From: a bacterium
GTDB taxonomy: Bacteria; Patescibacteriota; UBA1384; VFKW01
Reading direction: 5' to 3'
Assembly (NCBI GenBank): GCA_030647355.1
Contig: JAUSIS010000005.1
Location: 1-60,893 of the forward strand
DNA: 60,893 nucleotides
Shown: positions 46,476-55,663 of the stretch, in pieces
How positions within the stretch are numbered: the first letter of the stretch is position 1
Layout of the letters: each line of letters opens with the position of its first letter
Made by a program: the position numbers and the translations under genes
The notes under the pieces: model-generated
The model's input: only the letters and a program-made list of their open reading frames with translations
Database searches by the model: none
What the model was told of the DNA's origin: nothing

Positions 46476-48323
46476 TTACTTACCCTTACTAATCAAATCT
46501 TTTGCCTGATTCCAATAACTATCACTGCCGTTCATTTTCTGATAATACCACCATTCAACCCCCCACATGTAAACTGTTTTGATATTAGTCCTTCTGGCAA
46601 AATCAGTAATTTCATTAAATTCTTGGTTAGAAAAAAGTTCTTGCTGTTTCTTATCAGATAGTGCGTAAACTGGCTCGTTCCACCACGGTTCTAGTCCGAG
46701 CTCGGATATAATAAGCGGGTGATCATCTTCCCCGGTCAGGGTAGCCAACATAGATCGCTTAAACTCATAATATTCGGGTGTTACAGGGGGATGAGCGCTT
46801 CCTACTCTTTTCTTATATACTTTCCTGTATAAAGTCGAACCAAAAATATCGCTATCAACAAATTGGCTATACCATTTTCCCCACTCGCCTCCATCGGTTA
46901 ACAATACAGGATGACTAGGATCTAGCTTTCTCACCAAGCTTATTTCTTCGTTTAAAGATTTTCTATTAATTTTAGGGCAAATTCCAAATGGTAGATATGG
47001 TTCATTTTCTACTTGCCAATAAAGTAAATTACTTTTATCTCGATATCTTTTTACCAATTCTGCATTGTAATTTAGTAGATTATTCTGCCTTTTTTCTAGG
47101 TTAGTAATATCAACCCAAGCCGGAAAATAACATTCCGGCCATCGAGGCACTTTTTGCCCGATCGTGATGATAACGGGAATTTTTCTTTTCTCTGCCTCCC
47201 CGACTTGCCAATCGAGATCGTCAAATTGCCATTTACCTTTCTCTGGCTCAATAAGATCCCAGTAGGCAATTAAGCGAATCCCTTTGGGCTTCAATTCGTC
47301 AACAATTGCTAGATAATTCTGCCTCCAATCCATACCAAAACTTTCACTCATCTTCTGGGAAAAAGTTACGCCCCAGGACATATCGGCAAAGCTTTGCTTT
47401 GGTTTTTCTTCATAATACTTTTGAATCATAAGCCCGCTAACCGACAAAGCAATCAGTAATGTCGCAAAAATTTTAGCCACTAAAACCCATCTTCTAAAAT
47501 TTTCTTTTAATATATTCGGTCGCCAAGCAGCCAATGCCAAACTGGCCAAAAAGATGATTACATATTTTACTCCACTTGTTGACTCGATCAATGCTGGGTG
47601 TGAGAGTTTTATGGCATAAGAGAGCATGACGGAGGCCACACCTGCCATCGCTCGATTTCCCAAATATAATGCCTTGCTTCGATTGGGGGTGGCTTTACTT
47701 CGCTGAAATATCTTCTTTCGCCAATCTTTAACAGCCAACATTGCCACGGCGCTCATAAAAGTTCCAAATTTCATAATCCCAAAACTGGTCAAAAAACTAC
47801 TTTCGTTATATGCGATCTTTTGGAATACATTAACTAGAGCAAAACTGGCAGCTGCCAGTAAAATCCAAAATATAGTATTTCTGAATTTCTTTCGATCTGC
47901 CAGAAACATCAGAAAACCGCCGATTGTTAAAAAAATAAAAAAGAAAATCTCTATCGGATTTAAAAAATTCCTTAAAACCAAACTACTGAAAATTATCGTA
48001 GCAAGGGGCGTGAACCCGCCGAGCAGGGCTAAAGTCTGGGATGCCTCTCCGTTTTCCAGCGCCTTGTAGTAACATATTAGCGCTATCAAAAAGAGAACAC
48101 CTCCGGCAAACGCCGTTACAGCCGTCAAAAACGAAGGCATTGTAAAGTCAAATGGCACAAAAAAAATAGCAAAGAAATTAAATAATCCTATCCAAAAAAC
48201 ATAGGCAAATACATTCCCGGCAACTTTCTCTTTCAAAAATGTTTTATCAATAATTAAGGAGATGCCGATTATTATCTGCGCTATTACCGCAATCGCAATT
48301 CCATTCATGTTACCCTTCTTCAA
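46476..48323 (-). CDS. fusion protein: N-terminal EamA/DMT-like 10-TM domain plus C-terminal glycoside-hydrolase (clan GH-A-like) domain
   Basis: About 290 aa of TM helices are followed by a (beta/alpha)8-like region containing WQVENEP (NEP acid/base signature). Confidence 0.55.
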   Translation of the reverse strand: MKKGNMNGIAIAVIAQIIIGISLIIDKTFLKEKVAGNVFAYVFWIGLFNFFAIFFVPFDFTMPSFLTAVTAFAGGVLFLIALICYYKALENGEASQTLALLGGFTPLATIIFSSLVLRNFLNPIEIFFFIFLTIGGFLMFLADRKKFRNTIFWILLAAASFALVNVFQKIAYNESSFLTSFGIMKFGTFMSAVAMLAVKDWRKKIFQRSKATPNRSKALYLGNRAMAGVASVMLSYAIKLSHPALIESTSGVKYVIIFLASLALAAWRPNILKENFRRWVLVAKIFATLLIALSVSGLMIQKYYEEKPKQSFADMSWGVTFSQKMSESFGMDWRQNYLAIVDELKPKGIRLIAYWDLIEPEKGKWQFDDLDWQVGEAEKRKIPVIITIGQKVPRWPECYFPAWVDITNLEKRQNNLLNYNAELVKRYRDKSNLLYWQVENEPYLPFGICPKINRKSLNEEISLVRKLDPSHPVLLTDGGEWGKWYSQFVDSDIFGSTLYRKVYKKRVGSAHPPVTPEYYEFKRSMLATLTGEDDHPLIISELGLEPWWNEPVYALSDKKQQELFSNQEFNEITDFARRTNIKTVYMWGVEWWYYQKMNGSDSYWNQAKDLISKGK

Positions 48324-48424
48324 TATTATAACAGAATGATAAGCAATGATTAGACAATATCATCGAGGAAGGGTATAGTAATAATTAAAGAGGAAGGGTA
48401 ACATAAAATTAAATAGGAGGAAAC

Positions 48425-49099
48425 ATGGAAACCAACCCAACAGGAATCGAAAACCAACCAACAATACCCTCACCCGGGCAGCCAGGCGTGAACCCGCCGC
48501 CCACATTACAAAATCCAGAAGCTAATATAGGGACTGAAAAATGGAAATCAGTCTTGACTATTATCTGTCTGGTAATCGTTCCTCTAGGATTATTAGGTAT
48601 TATTTTTACTTGGGTACTAACTAACTGGTCTAAAACAGCTAAAATTCTAATTACAGTTTTATATCCAATATTTATATTTTTCTTTATAATTATTTTGGGT
48701 ATATTAAGTGCTACGGTATTTATAGGCATGGGCTCAACTCGCCAAAAACTTCGCGATACTCAAGTCAAGGCAAAACTTCGCGATACTCAAGTCAAGGCAA
48801 ACCTTCGCTATATTTCTAATTCACTCGAGCTTTATTATGACGATAATAGTAAAATTGGATCTAACGGTATAGCGATCGGAAGCTATCCAGCTATAAACTC
48901 CTTTAATAGTATGAAATATCAGTTAATGAAAGCAGGAAGCTTTCCAGAGATCAAAAACACAGGAAGCTTTGTTCACATATATAAATACTGCAGTAACGAC
49001 GGCAGCAAATTCAACCTTTCCGTTAGTTTGGAGTCCGCTTCGGTTCCTTTTACAGTGAACTCAGCAGAAGGAGCGGATACCTGCACACCTGGAGAATGA
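48425..49099 (+). CDS. pilin/pseudopilin-like membrane protein with atypical N-terminus
   Basis: RDTQVKANLRYISNSLELYYDDNS...YP resembles the post-helix region of type IV pilins. No FTLIE-type prepilin motif is present. Confidence 0.45.
   Translation: METNPTGIENQPTIPSPGQPGVNPPPTLQNPEANIGTEKWKSVLTIICLVIVPLGLLGIIFTWVLTNWSKTAKILITVLYPIFIFFFIIILGILSATVFIGMGSTRQKLRDTQVKAKLRDTQVKANLRYISNSLELYYDDNSKIGSNGIAIGSYPAINSFNSMKYQLMKAGSFPEIKNTGSFVHIYKYCSNDGSKFNLSVSLESASVPFTVNSAEGADTCTPGE
48746..48799 (+). repeat. perfect 2 x 27-bp in-frame tandem duplication (KLRDTQVKA x2) inside the pilin-like gene
   Basis: aaacttcgcgatactcaagtcaaggca is repeated exactly, and a degenerate third unit follows. Confidence 0.95.
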
Positions 49100-49149
49100 G
49101 ACTCAAATATATTTAATACTAATAGCAAGCATCTAGCTTGTATTCTTGG

Positions 49150-49222
49150 GGTGAGCGAAGGGAATCGAACCCTCAACCACTTCGGCCACAGCGAAGCGCT
49201 CTGCCATTGAGCTACGCCCACC
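49150..49222 (-). tRNA. tRNA-His (anticodon GTG) with genome-encoded G-1
   Basis: Acceptor GTGGGCG/CGCTCAC with an extra 5' G opposite C73. The anticodon loop is CTGTGGC. Confidence 0.85.
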
Positions 49223-49320
49223 ATCATGAAAATTTTAGCATAATTCAAGGTGAAATTCAACCTTTTATTCCTTAAAAAACAAACAGGGTGCCGCTTTCGC
49301 GACACCCTACCCGGAGACTA

Positions 49321-49923
49321 CTATGTCTCCTTCGTCTTCTTGGCCTCCTTGTTCAACTTCTGCTGATGCAGGGTGTTTATCGCACCCTCTACTGCATCTT
49401 CGAAATCTGCTTCTGGCATGACATACTCATCCATCAGGGTATTGTCATATCTATCTTTGATAAGGACATACCCCCGCTTATTCGCTGGGACCACGAACAG
49501 AATCACAATATCAGCCGAATCAGTAGACCCCATAGTTGCACCAGCATCAATGAACTGCCGAAGCAGTCCGCTGGCTACACTATCAGTGCCGGTCGAGGAA
49601 ACGCTATACCCGATGAGTCTCTCGGTATCTGCAACCGTCTTCACGGTAGCATCCGCCCGGGCGTTGGCGTCTGCCAGCTCACTCTTGAGACCGACATTCT
49701 CTGTCCTCAACACTGAGTTCTTAATCGCAAGAGTTTGGTTGGATGTCGCCAGCACAGCGACTACTGCTACTGCTACTGCCAGGATAAGTATGGCAGCCAT
49801 AACAACCTTATTATTCTTCACTTTCGTCACCTCGCGTTTTTGGCCCGCCGGCGCTATATTTGAAATATGCAAACCGCCCGCAGGGGCAGATATAACGATT
49901 TTCGTTACTCGCCAGTATACCAT
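49321..49923 (-). CDS. hypothetical membrane-anchored protein (start uncertain), GC-rich
   Basis: TM helix MAAILILAVAVAVVAVLA followed by a soluble domain. No family was recognised. Confidence 0.4.
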   Translation of the reverse strand: MVYWRVTKIVISAPAGGLHISNIAPAGQKREVTKVKNNKVVMAAILILAVAVAVVAVLATSNQTLAIKNSVLRTENVGLKSELADANARADATVKTVADTERLIGYSVSSTGTDSVASGLLRQFIDAGATMGSTDSADIVILFVVPANKRGYVLIKDRYDNTLMDEYVMPEADFEDAVEGAINTLHQQKLNKEAKKTKET

Positions 49924-50104
49924 AAAAACCCCGAAAAGTCAATACCTCTTCAAGTTATCATTTCAATCTTTCATTCTTCAAAAATCAGAACTTGTTCGTC
50001 GAAGCCCGAATAACTTCAACTTTTTACAAAACGATATGTTGCTCAAAAAGACCTCTCGGAGGCAAGCAAGCTTGGTATCTTGAAAACTTTCTTTTTTCTA
50101 AAAT

Positions 50105-50282
50105 GGCAGGGAATATGTCTTTGAGGAGATCCGCCAGCTGGCGGAAAGCGAAGCGCGGCACTTCTTTTTCCTTTTAGAAAATCAGACCTTGTACGTTGAA
50201 GCCAGTAAAAGCGTAGTGCAACCGGAAGCAATACTTTGCGCTCCGAGTGTAACGCTGGCTGAAACGAATTAGGTCTGATTTT
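50105..50282. repeat. mosaic GC-rich repeat family member, including the hairpin tccgccagctggcgga and a 105-nt stem-loop closed by AAAATCAGACCT/AGGTCTGATTTT
   Basis: It shares ccggaagcaa...gctccga...tgaaacga with 30464-30572. It shares tccgccaRctggcgga with 26606-26625. Confidence 0.6.
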
Positions 50283-50477
50283 GGCCTTGCGCCCTTGGGA
50301 CACTTTCTTTCGAACACCTTCTTGGTTGGCTTAACCGTTTGATGCTCGTCTTTGACCAGAAAAACAAGCCTTGTTAAAAGTATCCAGGGCTATTTTTGTA
50401 TTCCAACATACTTATTATATCAACTTTCACCTTAAATTTCCAGAGTTTACTAACTAAATCGAAAAAGAGGAGGAATT

Positions 50478-51221
50478 ATGCTATCACAATCACCAGCATA
50501 CAAAAGGCACATGCAAAACCTGCAAAATGAAATTGATGCCAAAAATTTACATGAACTGCAAAAACTCGATCTTTTTAATGAAAAAACTTTTTATCGCGCT
50601 TTTATCCGGGACATACTTGAAGCAAAGAAAGAGATAGTTATTTACAGCCCCTTTGTGACTAAATTCAGATCTGAATTTTTCAGGAAAACATTAGAAACGC
50701 TTAAAAGAAGAAATATCGCTCTCTTTATATTTACCCGTCCGCTTGAAGAGCACGAATACTTAATGAGAGCTGAAATTAAATGCGCCTTAAAAGATTATGA
50801 GGAGATGGGAGCTTGTATTTTCTATCTCCAAGGGTCGATTCATGAAAAAGTGGCTATCATTGATAGAGCAATTCTTTGGGAAGGAAGTTTAAATATTCTT
50901 TCGCAAAGGGAAAGTAAGGAAATGATGAAAAGAATGGCCAACGAAGATATGGCTATGCAAGTCATGTCTTATCTTGGGTTAAACGAAAAACTGGCCGAAG
51001 GTTACAAATTCCAATATGAGAGGTTGTATAGAAGCTTAGTTGAGAATTCAAGATTTAATTTTAAAGTCAAAATTAAGGAATTTCTTACAGAAATTGCAGT
51101 TCCAAAATTGGCCAAGATACCATTCATTGTATCAAGGGCTATAATATCCTTATTCCAAGGGATTATGGTAATTATAAAATTGATAATCTTATTATCTATC
51201 AAACTTCTAACTAGATTTTGA
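50478..51221 (+). CDS. PLD-like (single HKD motif) nuclease/phosphodiesterase family protein with C-terminal TM helix
   Basis: HEKVAIIDRAILWEGSLN (HxK..D...GS.N) is present. The C-terminus is a hydrophobic helix. An RBS (GAGGAGG) lies upstream. Confidence 0.65.
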   Translation: MLSQSPAYKRHMQNLQNEIDAKNLHELQKLDLFNEKTFYRAFIRDILEAKKEIVIYSPFVTKFRSEFFRKTLETLKRRNIALFIFTRPLEEHEYLMRAEIKCALKDYEEMGACIFYLQGSIHEKVAIIDRAILWEGSLNILSQRESKEMMKRMANEDMAMQVMSYLGLNEKLAEGYKFQYERLYRSLVENSRFNFKVKIKEFLTEIAVPKLAKIPFIVSRAIISLFQGIMVIIKLIILLSIKLLTRF

Positions 51222-51426
51222 GATCTTTGATTTTTAGAGCCTTCTTAACTTTCTGCAGTTTTTCAACCGAAGGGTTTACTTCGCCCCGCTCCATTTGAGC
51301 ATAATAGTTAGTGCTAACATCGGATGCTTCGGCAACTTCTAATTGAGTTAAGTTAGCTTTTTCTCGAGCTTTTCTTAACTGATTGCCAAGATCTGTCAGT
51401 TTTATGTTTTCTTTATTGTTTGTCAT
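51211..51426 (-). CDS. XRE-family HTH transcriptional regulator
   Basis: LGNQLRKAREKANLTQLEVAEASDVSTNYYAQMERGEVNPS. Confidence 0.8.
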   Translation of the reverse strand: MTNNKENIKLTDLGNQLRKAREKANLTQLEVAEASDVSTNYYAQMERGEVNPSVEKLQKVKKALKIKDLKI

Positions 51427-51619
51427 GTTTTTTTGACTCCAAAACAGCAAGGAGCTGTTTTAGCCATTCTTCCTTGCCAAGCTCGTCTATCAATCGCGAG
51501 TTAACTTCGATCCATTTTTCTTTGGTAACCATTAGTTCATGTTTGGATATAAGATCGGGCGATATGTTGATTGCATAATATGGGTTAATAAATAACTCTT
51601 TAGTTTCTTGTTTGTTCAT
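51413..51619 (-). CDS. small hypothetical protein overlapping the XRE gene (possible toxin or partner)
   Basis: 68 aa. It overlaps the downstream HTH gene by 14 nt. Confidence 0.4.
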   Translation of the reverse strand: MNKQETKELFINPYYAINISPDLISKHELMVTKEKWIEVNSRLIDELGKEEWLKQLLAVLESKKHDKQ

Positions 51620-51762
51620 AAATTATTTCCTATTATTGGATTATTGACTCTTGCCGATAATATAGCATATTTCGTATCAAAAAACCAGATTTAAAAATTT
51701 ATAACTGATAAATATATAGATAAAATATTGCAAACATAAACATAATCGTCTACACTAAAAAT

Positions 51763-53751
51763 ATGAGCGATGCATATTTTGGAAATAAATCGGTTGCTAT
51801 CTATCAAAGACGATACTTAGGTTCTAAAACTAAGTTACTTGATTTCGTAGAAAGTATTTTGGAATCTGAGAAAATATCATTTAAATCTTTTGCCGACATC
51901 TTCGCTGGAACTGGTTCTGTTGCAAATCGTTTCTACGGAAAAGCAAATATCGTAGTAAATGATATTTTAGATTCTAACCACTATATCTTCAAAGCGTTTT
52001 TTGGCGATGAAAAAATCAGAGAAGAAAAATTACTTGTTAGGTTAAAAACCTACAACAATCTGGATATAAATAAATATGGCAAAAATTATTTTTCTGAAAA
52101 CTTCTCAAACACATATTTTGATGCAAAAAATGCTAAAAAAATTGGAGTGATTAGAGATGATATTGAAAAACTATTTGAGGAGAAAATAATTAACGAACGA
52201 GAAAAATCATATCTCTTAACCTCTCTAATCTATGCTCTTGATAAAATCGCTAATACTGTCGGTCATTACGATGCTTATAGGAAAATAGAAATTAATGATA
52301 AAAAATTGTTTTTATTGCCATTAGATCTTCCACATTCAAAGTATCACGCAGAAATCTATAAAGATGATGCAAATAATCTCGTAAAGCATATCAAGGCAGA
52401 TGTCGTTTATATTGACCCACCTTATAATTCACGGCAATACTCAGATGCTTATCATTTACTTGAAAACATTGCCACTTGGAAAAAAGAAGAAGTTTTTGGT
52501 GTTGCCAAAAAAATTGACCGCTCACATATCAAGAGTCAATACAGTATGAAATCGGCTGCGATAGCATTCGGTGATTTAATTGACAGTATCAACGCAAAAT
52601 ATATTCTTGTTTCTTATAACGATATGGGGTCATCTGGAAATGGACGCTCTCAGTCAAAAATTAGCGACCACGAGATATTATCTGCCTTAAAACGAAAAGG
52701 CGAAGTTAAAATCTTTTACAAAGATTTTAAGCAATTCACAACCGGCAAATCCTGCAAAGATGATCTAAAAGAAAGAATCTTTTTATGTAAAGTAGCGAAT
52801 AATATAAAGACAAAGAAATCTGTTATCGCTTCAAAGCAAAATCCAGTTCAAAGCGGTTTTGTGAAATCACCATTGAATTACACTGGTGGTAAGCACAAAC
52901 TATTACCACAAATAACAAATTATTTTCCAAACGAAATAAAGACCTTCTACGATGTTTTTTCAGGCGGAGCAAATGTCGGCATAAATGCAAAAGCAGAAAA
53001 TATAATTTGCATTGAAAAAAATAAATATGTAGTCAATTTATTAAAATTTATTCAAGGTAATAATTTTGAAGATCTTAATCAGAAAATCTTGGATATTATT
53101 GACGAGTTTAATTTAAGCCAAAGTTACATCAAGGGCTATGATTATTATGGTGCCGAAAGTTGTATTGGACTTGGAAAATATAACAAAGATAAATTCTTGG
53201 CACTAAGAAGTGAGTTCAATAAAGATAAATCAAGAATTGATCAATTATTGGTGCTTATTTTATATTCTTTCAATAACCAAATTCGTTTTAACTCTAACGG
53301 TGATTATAACTTACCTGTCGGGAAACGCGATTATAATGGCAGTTCAAGAAAAAATGTTTTAGCATTTAACCAAATCTCGAACGAGAAGAAAATAAACTTT
53401 AAGATCTCCGATTTCAGAAATCTTGAAAAAATGAATTTGAATGAAAATGATTTCTTCTATTTAGACCCTCCATATCTTTTGGGACTTGCCAGTTATAATG
53501 AATTGGGTGGCTGGACGGAGCAAGATGAAAACGATTTATATTCTCTACTCTCACGACTAAATAAGAAGAAGATTAAATTCGCATTATCAAATGTTTTAGA
53601 GCATAAGGGCGAAACAAATGAAATAATGAAAAAATGGGCTGTAAAAAATAATTTTAAGATAAATAAACTGAACTATAGTTATAAAAATTCAAATTATCAC
53701 TCTTCTGCAAAAAACAATCAGACCATTGAAGTCCTGATTACAAACTACTGA
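51763..53751 (+). CDS. fused double N6-adenine DNA methyltransferase (two Dam/D12-class domains)
   Basis: Domain 1: RYLGSKTKL, FAGTGSV, IDPPY. Domain 2: NYTGGKHKL, FSGGANV, LDPPY. Confidence 0.85.
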   Translation: MSDAYFGNKSVAIYQRRYLGSKTKLLDFVESILESEKISFKSFADIFAGTGSVANRFYGKANIVVNDILDSNHYIFKAFFGDEKIREEKLLVRLKTYNNLDINKYGKNYFSENFSNTYFDAKNAKKIGVIRDDIEKLFEEKIINEREKSYLLTSLIYALDKIANTVGHYDAYRKIEINDKKLFLLPLDLPHSKYHAEIYKDDANNLVKHIKADVVYIDPPYNSRQYSDAYHLLENIATWKKEEVFGVAKKIDRSHIKSQYSMKSAAIAFGDLIDSINAKYILVSYNDMGSSGNGRSQSKISDHEILSALKRKGEVKIFYKDFKQFTTGKSCKDDLKERIFLCKVANNIKTKKSVIASKQNPVQSGFVKSPLNYTGGKHKLLPQITNYFPNEIKTFYDVFSGGANVGINAKAENIICIEKNKYVVNLLKFIQGNNFEDLNQKILDIIDEFNLSQSYIKGYDYYGAESCIGLGKYNKDKFLALRSEFNKDKSRIDQLLVLILYSFNNQIRFNSNGDYNLPVGKRDYNGSSRKNVLAFNQISNEKKINFKISDFRNLEKMNLNENDFFYLDPPYLLGLASYNELGGWTEQDENDLYSLLSRLNKKKIKFALSNVLEHKGETNEIMKKWAVKNNFKINKLNYSYKNSNYHSSAKNNQTIEVLITNY

Positions 53752-53771
53752 TTTTATGGTATAATGGGATT

Positions 53772-55583
53772 ATGTTAAAAGCTTGGTCAATTACTACAAC
53801 TGTGCGAAATCCTGAGAGACTTCGTGATTTTTTGATCGCCCTGAAACCACTTGTAAATCAAGAGTGGGACAACAACAATCAAAAAAATTATCAGAAACTT
53901 CTTATCAAATATCGGCTGTATGGTTATGGAAACCAGCAATTTTATAGTGGTTTGCCAACCGAAATTGTTAAATTGATAAATAATATTGATTCTGAGATAT
54001 CAGATGAAATTGTTGATAAAATCATTGAAGTTAAAAATTATAAAGACTTCGCTATGCGAGGTCGCCAATCAATAAATCCGCTTACAAAATTTGGGTTTGC
54101 TCTAATAGACGACGGTATCCTGAGGATTACTGACCTTGGTCAAAAACTTATAGAAAGCGAAAAAGATTCTGGAGATGCCTTCCTTAAATCATTTATCAAG
54201 TGGCAAATACCGAATCCTGCAAATAAGGACTTTCCCGAAAACGAGAAGTATAACATCGTGCCATTTGTCGCTACATTGAAGTTAATTGACGAAGTTAATA
54301 AAATTGAAACTGCGAGAAATCAAAACGCAAAAGGTTTGAGCAAACGAGAGTTTTCTTTATTCGCCCCCTCCTTAATTGATTTTAACGATATTGAGAAATA
54401 CGCAGAAGAAATTGTTAATTTACGAGATTCACAAGTTGATAAAACCAAACAAGAACGAAAAGAAATTAGAGATCGTTATAGATTCAAGTTTGCAAGATCA
54501 TTTTTAGATACCACAGACCAAATTGAGATTGATAAGTTTTTGAAAAACTTAAAAGATTATGGCGACAATGCGATAAGATATTTTCGTCTAACGAAATTCA
54601 TAAGAATTCGTGGTGGCGGTTTTTATGTAGATTTAGAGCCAAACCGTCATATTGAAATAAGTTCATTGTTTGAAAATGAATTTTATAAACCAAAAGCCTT
54701 TGCCGATAAATCAGATTACTTGCAATATATGTCGGATGATACACTACCACAATTACCTTGGCTAACAAAGAAAAAATTAACTGATATCGTAAATAACATT
54801 TACGAAGAAATCGTTTCTCTGGAAAACGAACTCAATAAAGGAATAGCTCCACAAGAAGATGTCACAAATTACAACGAAAATCAGTTAGTTATTTATATCG
54901 AAAACTTGCGAAATTATCGCAAAGACCTGCAAGAACAAGATAACCATATTAAATCGCAGCCAGTAGAAGCAATCAACGGATGTATCTCACAGTTAGACAA
55001 GATTTTTGAATTAGAAAATCGTCCATTAATGTTAGAATATTTATCATCAATGGGCTTGCACGCACTAAACGATGCAAGAGAGATTAAGCCAAATTACCCA
55101 GTCGGTGATGATAATGAGCCAACATCGACTGCCTCAGGCGGTTTAGCCGATATAGAATGTTATTACAGTGATTTCAATATGATATGCGAGGTAACAATGT
55201 TAAATAGTCGTGACCAATGGTTTAACGAAGGGCAACCAGTTATGAGGCACTTGCGAGATTTTGAGAATCAAAACACAAACGCTCATTGTCTATTTATTGC
55301 CCCGACGATACATACGGACACAGCAGAAACATTTTGGATTGCTAACATACATGGGTACAAGGGAAGTACGCAAAGTATTGCCCCGATTACAATCAAACAA
55401 TTTATTGGTCTACTAAAAACGCTAAAAACACTTCGTGAATCTGGCAAAAACTTCACACACGACAATTTGCTGAAATTAGTTAAAACAATTTCCAATAGTG
55501 CGAGTGTAAAAGCAGATTCAGATAATTGGGTCAATAATATCCAAAACATTATAAATGCGTGGAGCGTGGAATTAATGAGATAA
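53772..55583 (+). CDS. type IIS restriction endonuclease, AlwI-family-like
   Basis: The N-terminal WSITTTVRNPERLRDF and RGRQSINPLTKFGFALIDDGILRITDLG resemble the AlwI/PleI/MlyI/N.BstNBI family as I recall it. It is adjacent to a two-domain methylase, as expected for an asymmetric recognition site. Confidence 0.55.
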   Translation: MLKAWSITTTVRNPERLRDFLIALKPLVNQEWDNNNQKNYQKLLIKYRLYGYGNQQFYSGLPTEIVKLINNIDSEISDEIVDKIIEVKNYKDFAMRGRQSINPLTKFGFALIDDGILRITDLGQKLIESEKDSGDAFLKSFIKWQIPNPANKDFPENEKYNIVPFVATLKLIDEVNKIETARNQNAKGLSKREFSLFAPSLIDFNDIEKYAEEIVNLRDSQVDKTKQERKEIRDRYRFKFARSFLDTTDQIEIDKFLKNLKDYGDNAIRYFRLTKFIRIRGGGFYVDLEPNRHIEISSLFENEFYKPKAFADKSDYLQYMSDDTLPQLPWLTKKKLTDIVNNIYEEIVSLENELNKGIAPQEDVTNYNENQLVIYIENLRNYRKDLQEQDNHIKSQPVEAINGCISQLDKIFELENRPLMLEYLSSMGLHALNDAREIKPNYPVGDDNEPTSTASGGLADIECYYSDFNMICEVTMLNSRDQWFNEGQPVMRHLRDFENQNTNAHCLFIAPTIHTDTAETFWIANIHGYKGSTQSIAPITIKQFIGLLKTLKTLRESGKNFTHDNLLKLVKTISNSASVKADSDNWVNNIQNIINAWSVELMR

Positions 55584-55663
55584 AATTATGAGTGATGAAA
55601 TTGATATGTATTTCAATCGATTTAATAGGAAATAAAAATCGTCGAAAATAAAAAAAGAAAGAT

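Noticed and set aside
48746-48799. Possible CRISPR array or other spaced repeat
   Set aside because: There are only two directly abutting in-frame units inside a coding sequence, with no spacers. No CRISPR array is present anywhere in the window.
50178-50282. 4.5S/SRP RNA assignment, based on the long hairpin shape and the CCGGAAGCAA motif
   Set aside because: The apical region cannot be folded into the conserved domain IV (GGAA tetraloop with flanking symmetric and asymmetric loops). The same motif occurs in the repeat copy at 30464-30572, so it is better explained as a repeat-family member.
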